A stretch of DNA of 64,000 nucleotides from Thermoplasmata archaeon. Its GTDB lineage: Archaea > Thermoplasmatota > Thermoplasmata > RBG-16-68-12 > JAFNFQ01. The position numbers and the translations under genes are program-made. The first letter of the stretch is position 1. Every line of letters starts with the position of its first letter. The stretch covers positions 191,442-255,441 of the forward strand of contig JBGPQV010000002.1 in the NCBI GenBank assembly GCA_041489255.1, given 5' to 3'. Below, piece after piece: positions 1 through 9,500 of the stretch. The notes beneath the pieces are model-generated. The model ran no database searches. It saw only the letters and a list, made by a program, of their open reading frames with translations, and was not told where the DNA came from.

Positions 1-3000
1 TCGCAGGGCGAGAGCGCGTGCCGCGCCCCCGAGGGCTTCGGACTGCCGGAAGGGTACGACGATGCCTCGTCGTCGGTTTCAGGCTGGCGGTTCGACTGCG
101 TCCCGAGCCCGCATCTCATCGGCATAGGCCCCCCTGGCACGGTCCTCGCGAGAATGGGAGATACCGTTGAACGCAATCTCACCGTGGTCAACTTCATGGA
201 CGTGCCGGCATTGGTGGACCTCAGCTGGAATGCACCGCCCCCGGAATGGACCGTCGGCATCTTCGCCTCCGACGGCGTGACACCGCTCGCGGACACGAAC
301 ATGGACTCCTGGCCCGATGTCAGCCTCGGGAGATCCGGCACGGGAAGCGGAACGGTCAAGATTGTGGTGAGAATCGGGACCCGAGCCACCGCCGAATCAA
401 ACGACACCGTCCTGACGCGCGTTGTCGCCGTGGCCCAGCCGGAAGGCAGAGACAGCGTTGACCTTGTCACCGGCTTCTATCCGTACCTTGCCATCAACCG
501 CTCCGCGAACCCGAAAGAGGTGTACGTGCGCGGGACGGGCTATGGTGAAGAGACGACGATAACCCTGGATCTGAAGGGTCGGGGGATGAAGATCCCGGGG
601 AAGGACGCGGGTGCGGCAGACGTGGTCTTCGTCATCGACGACACGGGCTCGATGGGGGGATGGATAGATGCGGTGAAGAAGGACGTCGACGGGATAACTA
701 ACATCCTCGTGGCGAATATCACCGACATACGCTTTGGCCTTGTCAGTTACAAGGATGTCCCTGATATCGATCTTGACCTGGGCCTCACCAGCGATGTCGC
801 GCTTTTCAAGTCGGCCGTATCCGATCTTACAGCGACCGGTGGAGCAGACGAGCCCGAGGATCCAGACGTCGCCCTTGACCTTGCCGCCCATCTCTCGTGG
901 AGGATGGGCGCCATACCGAAGGTCATGATACTTGTGGGCGACTCTCCCGCTCATGATAACACGCATCTGGCCGAGGTTGCCGAGTGGGCGTACAACAACC
1001 TCAATATTCACACGAACGCGATCGGGTGCGGCGATAAAATCACGATGATCAAGGCCTTCCAGGCGGCATCGGCGGCGGGTCATGGGTTCTTCACGCAACT
1101 GGGGACGCCGGATGCGATGGCTGATGCCATAATCAAGGGCATAATGGACGTGATACCGCCGATAGACTACGCGGCCGAGGACACCGACGTCAGCGACGGA
1201 GACCCGATGGTGAGAGACGCCTTGCCGGCCTACATCGCGTTCGTCCCGGGCACCTTCATGGACCCGGCCACAATGGCGCCCAAGCCCCCAGAATTCACAG
1301 GCACCGACTCTTTTGGCAACACAGTCCTTGAGTGGAATGTGTCGGTCCTCAAGGTGAATAGCAGCTGGTCGGTCCAGTTCAACGTCACCTCCTCGCTCAC
1401 AGGTGTGGTCTTGACCAACGTTTGGGGCCATTCCAGGGTGAGCTTCACGAATTGGAGCGGCGCGCACATCCTCATCGACTTCCCGAAGGTCTGGATTATC
1501 GTCTCGTCGCCTCAACCACTTCCGGACCTGACGCTGGCGACCTCGGACATCGTCATGTCCCCTCCTGCGCCCTATCTTGAAGGTCTCCCGCTCTATCTGA
1601 ACGCCACGGTGCACAACGTAGGCCAGGGCATGTCTGAATCGACATTCGTCAGGTATCATGATGGTTTCCCTCCTTCGCCCCAAGTCGGTGCCGACCAGCC
1701 AATCCCCCCCGTCGCAGTCGGCGGGACAGCCGCCGTGTCGGTGGTCTGGACGCCGACCGTCCCCGGCGTCCACAACATCTGCGTCGTGGTTGATCCGATG
1801 GACAGTGTCCGCGAGACGGACGAGACAAACAATCGCGCATGCGTCGTGATGACTGTGCAGCCGACCAAGCCAGACTATGTCCCGGTAAGCCCCCTGCCTT
1901 CCAACGCGGTCAAGATCGGCCTCTCACAGCTTCTGAAGCTGTCGGTTCAGGTGCTCAATCAAGGTGACAAGAGCGCGAACGCGACCGCCACGCTCGCGTT
2001 ATACAACGAGTCCGACCCGGCCAATCCTTTCGCGACATTCACGGTGCCGCCGCTGGATGGTTCGGAGACGTCCTCGCGCTTCACCGCCACATGGAGGTCT
2101 CCCGCCACTCCAGGCACACACAACGTCGCCGCCAATGTGGACTACCACAACAACGTCACGGAGTCGAGCGAGACCAACAACGTGTTCGCGTGGACGGTGA
2201 ACGTCGTTCCCGGACCGATCACCTCTCTCGTCATAGGCCGTCCCAATTACACATCCACCGCCACGTACGCCAGATCGTCCACCCCTCTCAGCTTCGAAGT
2301 CATGGACGAGAGCGGAATGGGCATCAGGGACACGACTTACCGGATTGACGGCGGCACGTGGGTCAACTATGCCGCCAGCGGGCAGTTCGACCTGACCGGG
2401 AAGGGAGAAGGGCAGCATGTACTCGAGTGGTTTTCGGAGGACTACGCCGGCAACGTCGAAGGCATCCGCCACAGCTCCCTCATCGTTGACGACACGCCAC
2501 CGTCGACATCTATCCAGCCTGGAGATTCCAATGTGTCCGTCGACGCTTTGTTCAACCTCACGGCCGATGACGGTCAGGGTTGCGGCGTGGCGGTTCTGGA
2601 ATACAGGATTGATGGCGGTTCATGGGACGCCTACCTCGCTCCCTTCAGCTTGGCGGAGGGATGGCACAACATTACATACAGGTCATGGGACCACCTGAAT
2701 AACTCTATCGAGAAGACGCACCCGGTGAAGGTGGTCTCCGCCGAGTTGCCGCCTGGCGTGCGGGTGGAAGTGAACTATAAGCCCCTCGTGGCGGTGATCT
2801 TCGCAATCATCCTGGCATTGGCGGGAGTCTGGTCCTCGAGGAGGAGGCCGTGGAAGGATGGGAAAGACAAGATGGCGGTCCTGAAAGCTTTCACATTCAC
2901 GTCGATGCCCTTCGTGCTGGCGGAGGCGGCGACTGGCGTCGTGTCTTTCCTCACCGGACAGCTGTCGATACCGCCGCTGGTTGGAGTGGGCACTGCTGTT

Positions 3001-3099
3001 GACTTGGCGATTCTCTTGGCTGGATTGGCTGTCGCGATTCTCCGTGTGAGGACAGGACCATCGGAAGTAGAGAAAACGAGTACACCGCAGAAGCGGTGA
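1..3099 (+). CDS. Surface protein with vWA domain, CARDB/Ig-like domains and a 3-TM C-terminal anchor (5'-truncated by the window)
   Basis: Frame is open from base 1. vWA MIDAS-like DVVFVIDDTGSM, GGADEPED, ILVGDSPAH; CARDB-like 'VVDPMDSVRETDETNN' and 'ESSETNN'; 'YRIDGG' Ig repeats; three hydrophobic C-terminal segments. Confidence 0.85.
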   Translation, partial: SQGESACRAPEGFGLPEGYDDASSSVSGWRFDCVPSPHLIGIGPPGTVLARMGDTVERNLTVVNFMDVPALVDLSWNAPPPEWTVGIFASDGVTPLADTNMDSWPDVSLGRSGTGSGTVKIVVRIGTRATAESNDTVLTRVVAVAQPEGRDSVDLVTGFYPYLAINRSANPKEVYVRGTGYGEETTITLDLKGRGMKIPGKDAGAADVVFVIDDTGSMGGWIDAVKKDVDGITNILVANITDIRFGLVSYKDVPDIDLDLGLTSDVALFKSAVSDLTATGGADEPEDPDVALDLAAHLSWRMGAIPKVMILVGDSPAHDNTHLAEVAEWAYNNLNIHTNAIGCGDKITMIKAFQAASAAGHGFFTQLGTPDAMADAIIKGIMDVIPPIDYAAEDTDVSDGDPMVRDALPAYIAFVPGTFMDPATMAPKPPEFTGTDSFGNTVLEWNVSVLKVNSSWSVQFNVTSSLTGVVLTNVWGHSRVSFTNWSGAHILIDFPKVWIIVSSPQPLPDLTLATSDIVMSPPAPYLEGLPLYLNATVHNVGQGMSESTFVRYHDGFPPSPQVGADQPIPPVAVGGTAAVSVVWTPTVPGVHNICVVVDPMDSVRETDETNNRACVVMTVQPTKPDYVPVSPLPSNAVKIGLSQLLKLSVQVLNQGDKSANATATLALYNESDPANPFATFTVPPLDGSETSSRFTATWRSPATPGTHNVAANVDYHNNVTESSETNNVFAWTVNVVPGPITSLVIGRPNYTSTATYARSSTPLSFEVMDESGMGIRDTTYRIDGGTWVNYAASGQFDLTGKGEGQHVLEWFSEDYAGNVEGIRHSSLIVDDTPPSTSIQPGDSNVSVDALFNLTADDGQGCGVAVLEYRIDGGSWDAYLAPFSLAEGWHNITYRSWDHLNNSIEKTHPVKVVSAELPPGVRVEVNYKPLVAVIFAIILALAGVWSSRRRPWKDGKDKMAVLKAFTFTSMPFVLAEAATGVVSFLTGQLSIPPLVGVGTAVDLAILLAGLAVAILRVRTGPSEVEKTSTPQKR

Positions 3100-3565
3100 C
3101 AGGCGGGAGACCGACAGAGTACATCAACACATTGGATTGCACATCCTGATTGGTCAACAGGCCGCTGCGTTGCGTTTGTGAGATGCGCATCTATCACGTC
3201 AGGGACCGTCCCATCAGTTGGAGATTCTCCATCTACTTCACGACTAGCCTAGACGACTGCGCAAAAATGTAGGCGTTGCCGCTCGCAGAATTTGCTCGAC
3301 CGAATTGACCGATCCTACAGGGAATCGACGATCACCTTCTCTCCAAGCGCCCGAAAGAGTCGGCGGAGGCGTGGCGAACGTCGGCTGCGAGTTGGATTCC
3401 TGAATCAGGTTCTCGTGCTGGGAAAGCGAGGGCATCCACAACCCCCGTCCTTCGTTGTCCGACAGAAATGGGAAGTTCCATGTTGCTATTAAATAGGGCA
3501 ATCGCCATGCGGCTCCTGTCGCGGCCGGTGGGTGGCCGAGTGACCGTTCGGAGGAGAAGAAGGGC

Positions 3566-6500
3566 ATGCGTTCTCTGGCAGCGAAGCTTGCGAGCGTGTT
3601 TTGCGTGGCAGTGATATTGACAGTGGCCTTCCAGCAGGTGCAGAAAGCGGGGGCCCCCTCAAGCGGACAGAGCATTGAAATGGACGAGGATTGGGAGTCT
3701 TCAAGGCCTGTCACGCTGAGCCGTGGGGACTCTATCGCCCCGTCTGCTCAGGCAGTCGGGAACGGCATGGTGCACCTCGCGTGGATCGACACTAGGACGG
3801 GTTCCGGTGCCGTGTATAACAAGAAGAGCACGGACGGAGGGGAGACCTTCACCTCGGACAGGCGCATTTCTGAGGTTGGTTCTCAGCCCGGAGCGCCTTC
3901 CATTTCGGTATCCACGGATGGCAAGAACGTCGCCGTGGCATGGGATGCGGTGGTCGAGGTCGAGAATCAGACCGGGAGGGCCGTTCTGTTCCGCCAGTCC
4001 ACAGATGGCGGGTCGAGCTTCGGCAAGACCACCATCGTCACATTTGGACGAACTCCTCAATTGCAGTCCTACGGTGGCGACATGATCCTCTCATTCCTGC
4101 AGGAAGATAGGGCGAAGGGCGCGACCTACCTCAGGACGTTGCGCGTCCCGGCAGGAGTGAAAGACCAAGGTCCGGCGAATGAACTTCTCACGTTCGACAC
4201 ATCGGCCTCGTCATTGAAGACGACCGTTGAAGCCAGCATGGTCCATATCATCTGGGACGAGTGGATGCAGGGCCGCGAAACCATCCTCCACTCCTCCATC
4301 GACCTCAGCTCGGGGCGCGTCGAGGGCGCGCATCTTGTCGCGATTCCCAGTGGGACGCTCACCCCCGAGTCGATGACCCTCACCGCGTGGAACCGAAGAG
4401 TCGTCGTCGCATGGAGCGAGACGAAGGACGGAGTGGCGGGAGTCTATTCTGCGAGGAGCGGGGACATGGGTGTACACTGGGGTTCGGTCATCGCAGTCAC
4501 CGACATGAAGAGCAACGCAGCGAACCCTGCCGTGATGATGAACTCTACCGGAGTCCTGACCGTCGTGTGGCAGGACGACCTCAAAGGGCCTTGGCAGCTC
4601 TACGGGCGGACGTTCAAGGATCTTGGCATCCCGCTCAGCCCCGCGACGAGAATTACATATGGCAGGGCGGACGCCATGAGGCCAGCGATGGCGGTTGATG
4701 GGCAGGACAACATCTATCTATTCTGGCAGGACAGGAGGGGCGGCAGAACTTCGGTCTACATGGACAGCGATCTCTCCCTCCACAGACCGGCCATCGGCAG
4801 CGTCCTAGTCTACGCGGGCAGGCTCCCGGCGTCCGCATATTCTTCGCCGGAGCAGAAAAGCAGAATGCTATTCTTGGACCTCCTCAATGATTTGCGGTCG
4901 TCGATCGTCCAGAGTGAGGAGCAGACGGCGGCCATGAAGATCAGGACATACATCCTCCCTAGGATGGATGGAAGTCTCGGCGGCACACCGAGCGACGATC
5001 TCCTGGTCGACCCCAAGGCGCAGGCTCATCTCGCATGGTCATTCAGGCTGATGCTGCGCGAGCTCGACCCGGACCAGTCCGGTTCCGGGAGAACCAGGAG
5101 CGGCAGCTCCCCGATCTCCGGTGAAGAGCCACTGCCCCCGGACACTCAGTTCTCATATACGAATTATGCCCCGGTGTTCAACATCACCGTCTCGGACATC
5201 ACCTCAACCACCGCCAAGGTCAGTTGGGAGACAAACCCGCCGAATGCTTACGCCACATGGCTCAATTGGGGAAAGAACACGACTATGGGCAACCAGGTTT
5301 TCGCGCCTTCCGGAAATCCATGGAATGTCACACTCAGCGGTCTCGAGGCGAACACGACATACTATTACGGGATCCAAGCAGTCCTGCAGACGACGCCCCC
5401 GCCTCCCATGCACATAGCCTATGACAGTTTCTACACAGGGGTCATAATCGAGAATGTGAGCTACGAGGTCCTGTCAGCAAGCGAGGTCACGATCCAATGG
5501 AAGACGAACTTGCCTTCGACAAGTGTTGTGAGGTATAACACGACGGATGCATATGGGCTGGTTGCGACCGGCGATAATGACACATATCATTTCGTCGACC
5601 TGAGCAGCCTCGATCCTCGGCAGACATATCACTTTCAAGTAGAGTCCGTCGCTGAGTCCGATCCGATTCTATGGGCCACGTGTGCGGACCACGACTTCAC
5701 CACCCACTTGGAGATACTCAACCTCACGACAAGATCATCTGTGTATGCATTTGGCGCCTACCACATCACCCTGACTTGGAACACAACCAGAAACGCCACC
5801 TCGGAGGTGAGGTATGGAAATTCGACCCTGTACGGTCTCCAGAGCAACGGCACTCAAGGCCTCATCCACAACGTGACCTTATGGGAACTTCGCAGCGCCA
5901 CGACCTACTACCTCCAGGCCAGGTCAGTCGGCCTTGATGATGAGAACGACACAGACGCCGAGGAAGGCGTCCCGTTCGCCACTCCGCCGATCAGCATCTA
6001 TAACATCACGGTCGATGCCACCTCCAGTTCCGCCATAATCTCGTGGGAAACGAACTACAACGGCACATCGGTGGTCCGTTGTGGCGAGACGGTCAACTAC
6101 ACTGACAACAGAACCAGCACCAACGGCACAATGCACTCGGTGACGATCGACAACCTCGACACCTCCATGACCTACCACTTCCGGGTCGAGTCGACCTCTC
6201 TGAACAACGGGAACGACACTGCCATCGGCCTGGACAGGACGTTCACGACGAAAGGAATCCTCGTTTCCAACGTCCAGGTGACAAACATAGGCACGACAAG
6301 CGCGACTATCACATGGTCGACCGGCAACGATCAGGGCACAACGGTGCTGAGGTACGGGCGTGACTCGATCTGGGAGCATGTGGCGACTGGCGCCAATGGC
6401 ACATCTCACTCGGTAACCCTCCAAGGCTTGCTGCCTGAGACTAAGTATTACTACCGCGCCGAGTCCTCGTCGCTTTCCAACCTCAATGACACGAACGTCT

Positions 6501-9500
6501 CCCTGACCAACTTCTTCAACACCCTCTATGCCCCCAACGACGCGGACAGCGGGACCGACGCGGGGAACACCATTGGCATGGCCCTACCCGTGGAACCAGG
6601 CAATCACAAGGGTCGGGAGGAAGCGGTCGTGGATCGCAACGACTTCTACAGGCTCCGCGCGGGTGGCAACCAGACAATCAAAGCCCGTCTCGTCCCGCCC
6701 GCCAACATGGACCTCGACCTCTTCCTCTACGGACCCAACCAGCAGCTCAAAGCGTCTTCCCAGGCACGCGGCCTCGGGCTGCAGGAGTCGCTGGCCTACA
6801 CCGCGAATATGGATGGCTTCTGGTTCATCGAGGTACGCCTTATCAGCGTCCAAGGGGGCTCGTCGGGCTATTACACACTGACGTTCAACGCCACCGCCGG
6901 TTCTCCTGAGAGGCTCGTCCTCGATGTAGGCGCGGCCAGCGACACGGACGTGGTCGGCAGAGTGCCGGGCCTGTCGATTGACGCGTCGACCGGATGGGGC
7001 GGCTCCACGCATTCGACATCCTCGTCGACCGCCACTTTCTGGAACATCGCAAACAACCCGTGGTACCGCCAGGCGGTGGCCGACAGCACGTTCTACCTAA
7101 GCCTCTACCGCAACTCGCCCGAGAAGTACACGGATTGGCTCGTCACCTTCCAATACTATTGCTCTGAGGACGTGAACGTCTCCCTCTATAACGGGGCGGG
7201 CTGGGTCAACGTCACCAGGATGCCCGGGAAAGGCAACTGGTGGACATGGAACTTCATCCTGGAGCACACGCTGTTCTACGACTACCTGCCCAGCACGATC
7301 GGGATCAACGTGGCCATGCGCTTCTCCGATGTCGTAGATATCGACAACATCTCCGCCATCGCGTACGGCTACGCCACTCATGTCGGTCACGGCAGCGACG
7401 ACAACGACACCTTGTACCACTCCCCGGGCATGCTGACGGGCACCGGCTGGACTGACACTGGGAACGGTTATAGGAACGGCGCCAACTGCAGTGAACTCGT
7501 GATGAACATCCCAGACACGAGCGCCACCTACAACGTCGATTTCAGATTCAAGGGCGACATCGAGAAGCTCCATGTCGAGCAGTATGACGGCCATGATTGG
7601 CTGCGTCTGGCCACTCTTGTCTCGTTCGGCATGGACAACTACTTCAACACGAACCAGACCGCGTACTACGATGCATATCCTTTGATTCCCGGCATGAACC
7701 TCAGGATCAGGTTCGTCGCCTCCGCCATTCACGAGTTCACCTACGCCTCGATACACATCGTCCGCTGGTTCGACGAGGTCGGTGCATCAGGTGACAACTA
7801 TCTCTGGTCGCATGAGCCGGGGATGAGCCTTTATCCGAACAGCCAGTGGGGGCCAATCGCCGCTATCGACGGGCGGCAAGTCAGATACGGGCAGAGGGAC
7901 GCGGAAGTCTATCTCAACGCTCCCTTGATTGACTCCGATTACATTGTCTACCTCGCTTACAAGGCATCAACTGCGGGCGGACAGGTGAAGCAAAGGAACG
8001 GCAATTCCTACCAGGTACTTGGGGACCTTCAGGGCGACTCACAGTGGCACACCGGGGTTTTCAGGACGAATCTCACGTTCTACAGGGACTGCTACGGTAG
8101 CGATCAATTGAACATCGTGCTTCACTTCACTGTCGCCCTGTACCTCGACCGCATGTGGGCGGAGCCAGATCAAGACAATGACCATATATCCGAACTCGGG
8201 GAGACGCAAACATACCCCGAGGAGGAATTGCCGAACGGCACGACTCCGCTGAGCTTCAACTACTCCGGATATGCCTCCGGCTTGTTCATGATCTACGGCA
8301 ATGCGGGGGGGAGCTGGATGCAGGGAGTCGATTGGCGACAGGAGGCGTATATCGACTTCTTCATCAACAACACGAGGGTCGGGCAGGTCTTCCGCTCGAC
8401 CGGAAAGAAGAATTATCATCCAGAAAGCACGCCCTCCCAGCCTAAGGAGCTGAGAGTCGGACCGGACGGCATAGTCGTTCCCCGAGTCGACACATACGTC
8501 AATCCGGACTGGTCTGCGGACTTCGAGATCAAGTTCCCCCTCTGCAGCGGTCCGAAGACGATAAAGGCGGAAAGCTACGGAAAGCCCATCAAGAACTCAC
8601 AATGGATAACCTCGTGGCACATAGCGAGGCTCACGTCGCAGGCAACCAACAACGACACGGACGGAGACGGCCTTACAGACATGTACGAGGCATGTACCTC
8701 GCACACCTCCCCCCTGGCCCCGGACACGGACTATGACGGCCTCACCGACTACGATGAACTCTATTGGTTCAACTACGCAAACAGCAGCGCAGGCGGCTAC
8801 GAGGCGAATGTGACGATGAACATTACCGTAGACGCCTTTGCGAGATACTCGATCGCCATGGAGACTACCGCGACGCCCTCCGGAGGACAAAACGTCTCGA
8901 TGCAGGTTTACATGGATGGGCAATTGAAAGAGAGCAGGAACTGTACCGCGGGTTGGACTTTGGAGTTATCCGGTTTCACGCTCTCGCTGGCGAAAGGCAT
9001 GCACAGCCTGCAGATAAACAGGGGAAGCTCGACCGGCAGCGTCAAGGTGTATCATGTCTGGGGATCGAGGTCTGACATCACGTCGCCTCTCGAGGAAGAC
9101 GCGGACAGGGATTTCTTGCTGGATGGAGAAGAGGTCAAGGGCGAGATAGGTTGGTTCACTGACCCGACAGAGCCCGACACGGATGGCGACTGGGCACCAG
9201 ATGGATACGAGGTGCGAGCGCTCAAGTCTGATCCTATGAAAACGGACACGGATGGAGACGGGTTCAAAGATTCCATAGACATCGATCCGCTGCATGACCT
9301 GACAGTCCAAGTCTGGCTGAAGGAACTGTGGATGACCGGCTGGGATCAGAGTAAGACATACTACTGCGAGGTGGGCATCAACGGCGATTTCACGCGCACT
9401 GCCGCCTCGAACGGGGATGACCCTGACCCGAGGGGGAATCACTTCATCTCCAAGAATGTCCCCGATGACAAGAGGGATGTCACGATAGTCATCAAGGCGT

